DNA of 64,000 bases, taken from positions 3,519-67,518 of the forward strand of contig JAGWWT010000003.1 in the NCBI GenBank assembly GCA_018970245.1, written 5' to 3'. Positions 36,934 through 44,275 of the stretch are shown here, piece after piece. The DNA comes from Patescibacteria group bacterium. Its GTDB lineage: Bacteria; Patescibacteriota; Minisyncoccia; Phycocordibacterales; PALSA-1337. Below the pieces are notes generated by a model. That model saw nothing but the letters and a program-made list of their open reading frames with translations. It searched no databases and had not been told where the DNA came from. Each line of letters starts with the position of its first letter. Position 1 is the stretch's first letter. The translations under genes and the position numbers were made by a program.

Positions 36934-37269
36934 GCCAGAATTTTATCATAAAAGTTAAACCCGCATGAGGACATGCGGGTGGGTTAACAAGGAGGGAGCA
37001 AATGAGTGGTATGAGAGCAAAAAGAGCGAAGTGAGACAGTGATGGAAGCAGAAATGGTTGATTCGAAGAATATATGCGAGAGAGCTGTTAAGCGTTGAGA
37101 GCACCTGGGGGTTGGAAGTCAAATGAAGGCTCTCGCATACCCATTTCCGTTGTCCTATGTCTCTGTAAAAGATCAATCCTTCTTACGATATATATACGAC
37201 TCGAACATCATCGGTGGCGCAAGAACGGCGCAAAGGTAATATCCTATAAAGATCCTCGTCGATTTTAAT

Positions 37270-37530
37270 ATGGCCAGCCTGATACACGCGGACATATTCT
37301 TCTTCGTAACGACGGTCTGCGTGGTGCTGCTCACGGTTCTTTGCAGCATCCTGTTCATTTACCTGTTCCGCTTCTTGGCCACTCTGCGGGCGATCGCCGA
37401 CAAAGCGAAGAGCGAAGGCGACTTCATCCTCGACGAAGTCCACGAGCTCGTCCAGCGCATCGAAAGACGGCGGTTCGGATTCAGGGCGTTGTTCAGATTC
37501 TTCAGACGCATCGTACAGCGATATTATTAG
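37270..37530 (+). CDS. Small membrane hypothetical protein
   Basis: HADIFFFVTT followed by a TM and an amphipathic helix. Confidence 0.6.
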   Translation: MASLIHADIFFFVTTVCVVLLTVLCSILFIYLFRFLATLRAIADKAKSEGDFILDEVHELVQRIERRRFGFRALFRFFRRIVQRYY

Positions 37531-37548
37531 CCGAAATAGCACAAAATC

Positions 37549-37926
37549 ATGTTCAGAAACCGATATCACCAGCATGGGCCTCCGCGATTGGTAGTAGGTC
37601 TGGTCGCAGCTTCAGTGGGAGCGGCAGCCAGCTACTTCCTCTTCGGAACCGAGACAGGCGCAGAAAAGCGCGCTAAGGCCAAAGAATGGCTCGCCGACAT
37701 GAAGGATAGCGCCACGAGCGCTTCCGGGACTTTGAGCGAGCTCGCATCCGTTGGAAAAGAGATGACTAAGGATATGGCCTCTTTGATAAAGGATCGCTAT
37801 AGCGAGCTCAAAGACCTGGATAAAGACGAGGTATCCGACCTCGCCGACCGTTTGCGCGCCCACTGGGCCGAAGCGCTTACCGAGATGAAAGGCATCCTGG
37901 ATGAAGCCGGAGATGATGAGGGTTGA
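37549..37926 (+). CDS. YtxH-like membrane-anchored helical protein
   Basis: GLVAASVGAAASYFLFG.ETG..KR pattern. Confidence 0.6.
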   Translation: MFRNRYHQHGPPRLVVGLVAASVGAAASYFLFGTETGAEKRAKAKEWLADMKDSATSASGTLSELASVGKEMTKDMASLIKDRYSELKDLDKDEVSDLADRLRAHWAEALTEMKGILDEAGDDEG

Positions 37927-37967
37927 CAAATAGCCAGCTAAGATTAGCCTGAAGGTGGGATCTTTCT

Positions 37968-38348
37968 ATGAAACATATCGTCACCCTGTATGGAAAGCCG
38001 GGGCTAGTAGCAGATATGCGCGGTCATGAGATGTGGGTGTCCACCCCGGAAGCCGCCAAGCTCGGCTTGCCTGAGAAGCGATTCAACGGCATCATCGTCG
38101 AGCCTTCTTCCGGACAATTCCATCCTGTCCGCTGCGCCTTAGTCATAAAAGAAGGCTATTCGGACGAATTCGAGGTCGAAGGCGTGATCGATGCCGATCT
38201 GGCGATGGCGATCTGGAAAGGCAAGCGCCTGAAGTTCACCGCCGTCGGGCAAAATGGCCACCGAGAGCCGCTTGCGCATTTCGGCAGCAAGTCATGCCCT
38301 ACCGAATACGAGCTCTGCTTCACATTCGAGTTCGCCGACCATGGATGA
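37968..38348 (+). CDS. Hypothetical protein
   Basis: 126-aa ORF with TTGACA upstream and a hairpin/T-run downstream. Confidence 0.5.
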   Translation: MKHIVTLYGKPGLVADMRGHEMWVSTPEAAKLGLPEKRFNGIIVEPSSGQFHPVRCALVIKEGYSDEFEVEGVIDADLAMAIWKGKRLKFTAVGQNGHREPLAHFGSKSCPTEYELCFTFEFADHG

Positions 38349-38424
38349 CCTCCTCTCATGCGCAAAGCGCGACCTAAACGGCCGCGCCTTTTTATCTGCA
38401 TGATCCGCGCTGTTCGCGCCTGTC

Positions 38425-38895
38425 TTACCAGGCGAAGTGGGCAAAAGCCTTGTTGGCTTCAGCCATCTTATGGACGTTCTCGCGCTTCTTTACAGCCTCG
38501 CCTTCGTTCTTGGAAGCGGCGATGATCTCCTCCGCAAGCTTCACAGCTATCGGCTTGCCTTTCTTTGAACGAGCAGCCTCGATGATCCATTTCATGGACA
38601 GCGCCTGCTTGCGTTCCGGACGGACCTCGCGGGGCACTTGGTAGTTGGCGCCTCCGACTCGGCGGGAGCGGACTTCCATGGCCGGCATCGTATTCTTGAG
38701 CGCTTCCTCGAAGACATTCAGGGGATTTTCGACTTTAGCCTGCTCTTTTATGGCCGACATGCAGTCGGAGACTATCCTTCTGGCGATATTCTTCTTGCCT
38801 GATTCCATCACGTAATTCGTGAACTTGGCGAGCTTCAGCGACTGATAGGTCATATCCGGCCGCAATTCCCTTTTGATGTTTATTTTCCTTCGCAT
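38425..38895 (-). CDS. rpsG: 30S ribosomal protein S7
   Basis: EVRSRRVGGANYQVP, HKMAEANKAFAHF. Confidence 0.98.
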   Translation of the reverse strand: MRRKINIKRELRPDMTYQSLKLAKFTNYVMESGKKNIARRIVSDCMSAIKEQAKVENPLNVFEEALKNTMPAMEVRSRRVGGANYQVPREVRPERKQALSMKWIIEAARSKKGKPIAVKLAEEIIAASKNEGEAVKKRENVHKMAEANKAFAHFAW

Positions 38896-38905
38896 GAGAT
38901 TGATG

Positions 38906-38975
38906 GTTACAAGTTCCAGGTTACAAGTTGCAAGTTACAGGTGAAGATTGTGACCTGTTACTTGTTGCTTGTTAC
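38906..38975. repeat. Heptamer array in the rpsL-rpsG spacer extending into the rpsL 3' end
   Basis: gttacaa gttccag gttacaa gttgcaa gttacag ... ctgttac ttgttgc ttgttac. Confidence 0.88.
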
Positions 38976-39380
38976 CTTGGGCTTTTTGTTCCCGTATTGG
39001 CTGCGACCTTTCCTACGAGCTTCGACGCCGGCGCAATCCAAGACGCCGCGGACGACTGAATAGCGGAGGCCGACATCCTTGACGCGGCCGCCGCGCAAGA
39101 GGACGACAGAGTGCTCCTGCAGATTGTGGCCCATGCCTGGGATATAAGCGGTTACTTCCATACCGTTCGTGAGGCGGACGCGGGCGATCTTGCGGATGGC
39201 TGAGTTCGGCTTCTTCGGGGTCTTAGTGGTGACCTTCACGCAGACGCCGCGCTTGAACGGAGCCGGAAAGAATATCGGGCGGTTCTTGATCGAGTTGAAA
39301 GTGCGCGTCAAAGCGACGGACTTTGACTTCCGCTTGAAGCGCTTCCGGCTAGATTTTATAAGTTGATTTACGGTAGGCAT
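38958..39380 (-). CDS. rpsL: 30S ribosomal protein S12
   Basis: [32 protein letters not shown]. Confidence 0.98.
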   Translation of the reverse strand: MPTVNQLIKSSRKRFKRKSKSVALTRTFNSIKNRPIFFPAPFKRGVCVKVTTKTPKKPNSAIRKIARVRLTNGMEVTAYIPGMGHNLQEHSVVLLRGGRVKDVGLRYSVVRGVLDCAGVEARRKGRSQYGNKKPKVTSNK

Positions 39381-39384
39381 TGTG

Positions 39385-39468
39385 ATTACAAGTGACAGTA
39401 GCAAGTGACAGGGTTACAAGTTACAGGTGACAAGTTGCATTTTTTACCTGCTACCTGTGACCTGCTAC
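39385..39468. repeat. Palindromic heptamer array in the rpsL leader
   Basis: Read directly; near reverse complement of 57312-57382. Confidence 0.88.
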
Positions 39469-39582
39469 TTCTTTCCCGTGTGTTCCTTCACCGTCTTCGG
39501 CCCGAGCGGACCTGAACGATTACTCAAACGGGGCTATTAATTGTGTTTTCGTCCCTAAAGCGATCATTAGGGCGACTGGGAG

Positions 39583-39611
39583 AAGATACCATGGAATTCC
39601 CCATGAAGCAA
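39583..39611 (-). promoter_or_regulatory. Putative str-operon promoter
   Basis: TTGCTT-N17-TATCTT; spacer contains CATGG...CCATG palindrome. Confidence 0.55.
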
Positions 39612-39626
39612 TACGGAGCGGATCCT

Positions 39627-40247
39627 TCAAAAAGGTATCCCGGTCAAAAGCCTGAAGACCACCATGATGATCGGCGATATAGCCTGCCACAGGAACAAGA
39701 TGACGATGAGGATGAAGATCGGCCCCAGGCGCTCTAAGGTCATCCTCATCCGGCCATATTGATTCGGCAGCCAGGCCAGGAAGAGCTTCGACCCGTCCAA
39801 CGGCGGCAGAGGGATGAGGTTGAAGATCGCCAGGAGTATGTTTATGAGGACGATATATGAAGCGACTTCCAGGAATGGCAACATCGGAGAAGATGCCGAG
39901 GTCACGCCTGCCGCTGTGAATCTGATTATGAGCCCGAAGATGACCGCAATGGCCAGATTGGAAGCCGGGCCGGCGAGAGCGATGAGTATCTCCCCTTGGC
40001 GCTTGTTCTTGAGGTTATACGGATTGTAGATCACCGGTTTGGCCCATCCGAAGGCGAAACCGGCGAGGGACGTGACTATCGGGACTATGATAGAGCCTAT
40101 CGGATCGATGTGCTTGACCGGATTGAGGGTCAACCTCCCCTGCATTCGCGGGGTCGGATCGCCCAGCCGATCAGCCATGAGCCCATGCGAGACTTCGTGG
40201 ACGATGACTGAGAATATGAGTATGACTATGAATAAGACTGTTAGCAT
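39627..40247 (-). CDS. Site-2 protease family (M50) metalloprotease
   Basis: HEVSH, GRLTLNP, AGPASN, FNLIPLPPLDG. Confidence 0.93.
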   Translation of the reverse strand: MLTVLFIVILIFSVIVHEVSHGLMADRLGDPTPRMQGRLTLNPVKHIDPIGSIIVPIVTSLAGFAFGWAKPVIYNPYNLKNKRQGEILIALAGPASNLAIAVIFGLIIRFTAAGVTSASSPMLPFLEVASYIVLINILLAIFNLIPLPPLDGSKLFLAWLPNQYGRMRMTLERLGPIFILIVILFLWQAISPIIMVVFRLLTGIPF

Positions 40248-40316
40248 CGTATTTCGGCTTGCCGACCACTTGAACGCCTGAGTATCCTATGTTAGCATAC
40301 GATCCTCAAAGCTTTT

Positions 40317-40559
40317 ATGGCCAAAGTATGCGAAATAACAAAGAGGGGCTCGGTCGTCGGCGGCCGTTATTCGAACCGCACCCGCGCCACCCAGTTCAAT
40401 CCTTGCGGATCGATGCGCCGGTATCCGAACCTCCAGCGCAAGCGCATCTACGTGCCCGAGCTCAAGAAGACCTTCGTGGTCAACATCTCTACGCGCGCCC
40501 TCCGCACAATCGAAAAGAACGGCGCATACCGCACCCTGAAGAAAGCCGGCCTCATCTAA
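40317..40559 (+). CDS. rpmB: 50S ribosomal protein L28
   Basis: MAKVCEIT, RRYPNLQ, STRALRTI. Confidence 0.9.
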   Translation: MAKVCEITKRGSVVGGRYSNRTRATQFNPCGSMRRYPNLQRKRIYVPELKKTFVVNISTRALRTIEKNGAYRTLKKAGLI

Positions 40560-41397
40560 GCGGCTCTACCCTGATCTCCCCGCCATCGGACACTATCTTC
40601 ATAGTGCCCTTTTCTTTAATATTGAAACCTATTCCGGCCGGCACCGGCTGGCTCTTCGCCGTTCCGCCGGGGGCTTTCGCGTAGATGAGGTACGCGGGGC
40701 TGACCGCTTCGGTGAATTTTGCCGCCATGTTGGACTGTATAGCGCTTTGGCTGACTATGAGAACATCTGACTTCAAGACCTTAGCAGATGACGCAACGAA
40801 CTTCTGGACTTTTGGGGTGGCAGCGCCCATGAATAGCGCCGAAGTCGCGCCATACGAGATCCTGAACAGTAGCTCCGGCGAGCTGCTCTTTGAATAGGCG
40901 AACGATCCTGAAGGCGCTGGAAAGAGCGCTTCCATTCCGACACGTTCATCGAGGACGATCGAGTCTCCAGCCGCCAATCCATGGACCGGCACTTTCTTCG
41001 AAGAGGCTTCGTCCAGGAGAGCCTTATAGGTATCGTCGCCTCCCTCTGCGGTGACCGCCGGAAGATAGAGATCGCCTACGTCGTATCTTTTCAGCGCATC
41101 GACCAGTCCGACCGTCTCCTTTGCGTCCGCGCCTGTCGCTATGACCGCATCGATGCGGCGCGAATAGAATGGCAGGACAGACGATAATTCGCTCATGATA
41201 TCGCCATTGCCCCCTCCGTCCACGAGGATGCGCCGGTCATTGGGAGTCCTCAAGAGCATGGCGCGGCCGCTGGACAGGTCGAAGACGAATATCTCCAGCA
41301 CGCGCGGTCGAGATTGCTCATGCCAATAGTAGCCTGCCAGTCCGAGAGCCATCGCCGCGGCGGCGGCGGCGATCGCGGTGCCTGATGATATCCTCAT
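40552..41397 (-). CDS. Stand-alone ComEC C-terminal metallo-beta-lactamase-fold protein with degenerate metal motif
   Basis: TM, ILVDGG, LPFYSRRID, YGATSALFMG, IVSDG; HxHxDH site reads TGADAKE; start set at 41397. Confidence 0.75.
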   Translation of the reverse strand: MRISSGTAIAAAAAAMALGLAGYYWHEQSRPRVLEIFVFDLSSGRAMLLRTPNDRRILVDGGGNGDIMSELSSVLPFYSRRIDAVIATGADAKETVGLVDALKRYDVGDLYLPAVTAEGGDDTYKALLDEASSKKVPVHGLAAGDSIVLDERVGMEALFPAPSGSFAYSKSSSPELLFRISYGATSALFMGAATPKVQKFVASSAKVLKSDVLIVSQSAIQSNMAAKFTEAVSPAYLIYAKAPGGTAKSQPVPAGIGFNIKEKGTMKIVSDGGEIRVEPLR

Positions 41398-41403
41398 AGA
41401 CGG

Positions 41404-41457
41404 ATCATACTCTCCGGATATGAAATCCTGATGAAGAAAAGATGAAAAAAGGATAAA
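41404..41457 (-). promoter_or_regulatory. -10 (TATGAT) plus four 11-bp-phased direct repeats upstream of the ComEC MBL gene
   Basis: Minus strand TTTATC-N5-TTCATC-N5-TTCATC-N5-TTCATA-N9-TATGAT-N6-ATG. Confidence 0.7.
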
Positions 41458-41525
41458 ATCTAAAGCGAGGCCTGCGCTAGGCCAGCCTGCTGAAACTTTA
41501 ATCATATTTAACTCGTACAATCATC

Positions 41526-42134
41526 ATGCCTCGATTCACTGCCAGAACTTTCAAGATCCCCAAGATCAAGGGCATCTCCGAAAAGACCATAGAAGAGCAC
41601 CTCAAGCTATACCAGGGCTATGTCAAGAATGCCAATTCCATTCTGGAGAAGATCCCGGAATATTCGCAGTGGGCCGAGAAGGACCCGTTCGTGCCCTATT
41701 TCACCGGTGAATTGAATCGCCGCTTCAGCTTCGAGTACAACGGCATGCGCAATCATGAGATCTATTTCGCCGGCTTCGAGGGCGGACCAAAGTCGCTGGC
41801 TGATTCAAGTCCTCTCAAAAAGATGATCGCCGAAGCATGGGGATCGTTCGACGCGTGGCTCGCCAAATTCAAAGGCATGGCCGCTTCCGTGCGCGGCATC
41901 GGCTGGCAGGTCCTTTGGTATGATCCGATAGACGAGAAGCTCCTCATGTCCTGGGTCGACGAGCAGCACTATGGCGAGCTCAACGGCTGCTCCATGATCC
42001 TGGGCCTGGACATGTGGGAGCACTCATACGTCGCAGACTACCAGCCGTCAGGCAAGAAGGCTTATATCGAGGATTTCTTCGCTAACCTCAACTGGGAGAC
42101 CATCGAGAGCAATCTCGAGAGGGCAAGAGAGTAG
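41526..42134 (+). CDS. sod: Fe/Mn superoxide dismutase family protein
   Basis: EEHLKLY, NHEIYF, RGIGW, DMWEHSY. Confidence 0.9.
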   Translation: MPRFTARTFKIPKIKGISEKTIEEHLKLYQGYVKNANSILEKIPEYSQWAEKDPFVPYFTGELNRRFSFEYNGMRNHEIYFAGFEGGPKSLADSSPLKKMIAEAWGSFDAWLAKFKGMAASVRGIGWQVLWYDPIDEKLLMSWVDEQHYGELNGCSMILGLDMWEHSYVADYQPSGKKAYIEDFFANLNWETIESNLERARE

Positions 42135-42182
42135 GCCGTCCAATGGCTCTTCATTGGGCGGTTTTCCTAATGTGTCTTGGGG

Positions 42183-43511
42183 TCATTTAGTCTTCCTTCT
42201 ATTCATAGACCTGACTAGAAAAAAGACGGTCAGGATGACGGAATAGAACCCTGCCACCCACCAGCCCGAGAACGCCGGCACGTGGATCGCCGCGAATGGC
42301 AGGCGCGCGAGATTTTGGACTACGAATAGCTCGTAAGCGAGCAGTATGTGGCTGGCCCAGCCGAGCGCTTGCGAAGCGGCGATCGATGCCATGCCAGCGA
42401 TACCGGTCGCGAAAACGGTTAGCATCGTCACCGGTATGAACGGCAGGACGAGGATATTCGCGGCCATTCCTATCACCGACAATTGCCCCATCGTATAGAG
42501 GATGTACGGCGAGACGAAAAGCTGAGTCGACAGCGTCGCCGCCACGATGCCGCGGAGGCCGAATCGGTCGGTTATGAATGCCAGCCGCTCCTCGATCGGC
42601 GAGGCGAGCATTATGAGCCCGGCTGTGGCCAGGAATGAGAGCTGGAAGCCAGGATCATGGAAGAGCACCATGGGGCTTTGGATGACCATCACTAGTCCTG
42701 CGAACATGAGGGCGCGGATGACATCGTAATCGCGGCGGAAGAGATCGGCGGAGAGCGCTACGCCCGCCATGAAGCAGGACCGGATGACCGTCGCTCCGCC
42801 GCCCACCATGACGCCGAAAAGCGCGATGCCGATGCCGCCGACCGCGATCCCCCAGGCTCTTGGCAAGAATGAGAGGACCTTCCTGATAGCTGCGGCCACG
42901 ATAGTGATGTTGAAGCCGGACAATACGACGATATGGATGAGGCCGACTGCCCTAAAATCATCGAGCAGGCTTTTGCCTAGAGCCGCCTTCTCGCCGACGA
43001 CCAGGCCGGCGGCCAAAGCGGCGTGAGGTTCGCCCAGGACCCGATCGAGATTCTCTACGAATCGGCGTTTTATTGCGTACAAGATCGAAGTGACGCTCGG
43101 CCTAGCGGCTAGATCGTCTTTTGACGCCTCTGCGCTCCGCATCTCGTAATAGATCCCATCCTTGGCCAGATAGCCCTTATAGTCGAATTCCCGCCCTGGG
43201 TCGCTGCGAAAATTCATGGGTTCCAAAAGCTTGCCTTTGAACGATATATGGTCGCCATAGCTGAATACAGGATAGGCCTTAGCCTTCATCCTTATGAGAA
43301 AGCCTGAGCCGCATCTAGATCCGTCCACGTCGACGACCAGGACCTGGCCCGTTCCGGTCCTCTGCGGCTCTTCGGATATCGTGCCGGAGCCTTCGACGGT
43401 CTGCTTCAGGCAATCGCCTATCTGCGGAGGTTCGGCGTAGAGCGACTGCCATACGCGGAATGCCGCGGCCGCTATGAAAATGCTCCAGAAGAGCGCCGGT
43501 CCCTTCTTCAT
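42183..43511 (-). CDS. comEC: ComEC/Rec2 competence protein, membrane part (OB + Competence domain)
   Basis: FDYKGYL, GLIHIVVLSGFNI, GFQLSFLAT, ANILVLP. Confidence 0.92.
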   Translation of the reverse strand: MKKGPALFWSIFIAAAAFRVWQSLYAEPPQIGDCLKQTVEGSGTISEEPQRTGTGQVLVVDVDGSRCGSGFLIRMKAKAYPVFSYGDHISFKGKLLEPMNFRSDPGREFDYKGYLAKDGIYYEMRSAEASKDDLAARPSVTSILYAIKRRFVENLDRVLGEPHAALAAGLVVGEKAALGKSLLDDFRAVGLIHIVVLSGFNITIVAAAIRKVLSFLPRAWGIAVGGIGIALFGVMVGGGATVIRSCFMAGVALSADLFRRDYDVIRALMFAGLVMVIQSPMVLFHDPGFQLSFLATAGLIMLASPIEERLAFITDRFGLRGIVAATLSTQLFVSPYILYTMGQLSVIGMAANILVLPFIPVTMLTVFATGIAGMASIAASQALGWASHILLAYELFVVQNLARLPFAAIHVPAFSGWWVAGFYSVILTVFFLVRSMNRRKTK

Positions 43512-43517
43512 GACCGC

Positions 43518-43571
43518 ATTCTACTCGTCCGGTATGAAGGAAAGATGAAGAAAGCCTCAAAAAACGATAAA
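43518..43571 (-). promoter_or_regulatory. -10 (TAGAAT) plus 11-bp-phased repeats upstream of comEC
   Basis: Minus strand TTTATC-N5-TTGAGG-N5-TTCATC-N5-TTCATA-N9-TAGAAT-N6-ATG; 38/54 ungapped identity to 41404-41457. Confidence 0.7.
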
Positions 43572-43580
43572 CCGCGGCCG

Positions 43581-44273
43581 TTATAGAGCTTCGAATTCCT
43601 CGATGATATAGGCTTCCTCAGCAGCGCTCATGGCTTTCTTGTACTTCGCGCCCTTGGCGCCTTTAACCCTCTTTTCGCACTCAGCCCACGTAGGGTGGAC
43701 TTCTATGACGCCGCCCACAGAGCTCACATATGAATGGGGCTTTCCGCCAGATCTCGATCTGATCGGCGCCTTTTGCGAGATGTCCAATATATTCGGCAGA
43801 TCATAACCGGCGAGCGGCCCGTCATAAAGCTTCACATCCATTCCATCCGCAAAAGCAGTGGCGATGCGGTCGCAGCGCTCATTTCCGACGATGCCGATGT
43901 GCCCGCCTACATATCGCCATGAGACCGTCATCCCGCTCGCAGCCTCCGAGAGCTCGAGCCATAGGTCTTTATTCAAGACATCTTCTTTTGCCTTCGTCTT
44001 CCAGCCATTCCTTTTCCAGCCGGCGAGCCATTTAGTGATGCCGTTTATCAGATATGATGAATCCGTATGGACAGTCGCCGACAGCGCGCCTAGCTTGGCC
44101 GCCGCTTTCAGCCCATGGATGGCGGCAGATATCTCCATCCTGTTATTGGTCGTGCTGCGGACGACTCCGCCGATCTCTTTCACAGCGCTCTCGCACACGA
44201 CCACAGCCGCCCAGCCTCCCGGCCCCGGATTCCCGCGCGACGAACCATCCGTGAATATAGTCGCTTCTTTCAC
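43581..44273 (-). CDS. rnhA: Ribonuclease HI with C-terminal hybrid-binding (viroplasmin-like) domain
   Basis: FTDGSSRGNPGPGGW, TNNRME, TDSSY, NKDLW, GNERCD; TWAECEKRVKG; start GTG 44273 or TTG 44279. Confidence 0.92.
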   Translation of the reverse strand: MKEATIFTDGSSRGNPGPGGWAAVVVCESAVKEIGGVVRSTTNNRMEISAAIHGLKAAAKLGALSATVHTDSSYLINGITKWLAGWKRNGWKTKAKEDVLNKDLWLELSEAASGMTVSWRYVGGHIGIVGNERCDRIATAFADGMDVKLYDGPLAGYDLPNILDISQKAPIRSRSGGKPHSYVSSVGGVIEVHPTWAECEKRVKGAKGAKYKKAMSAAEEAYIIEEFEAL

Positions 44274-44275
44274 GC

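Noticed and set aside
36391-38348. Prophage or mobile element around ORF6N
   Set aside because: No integrase, structural genes or att-like repeats; ORF6N often occurs alone
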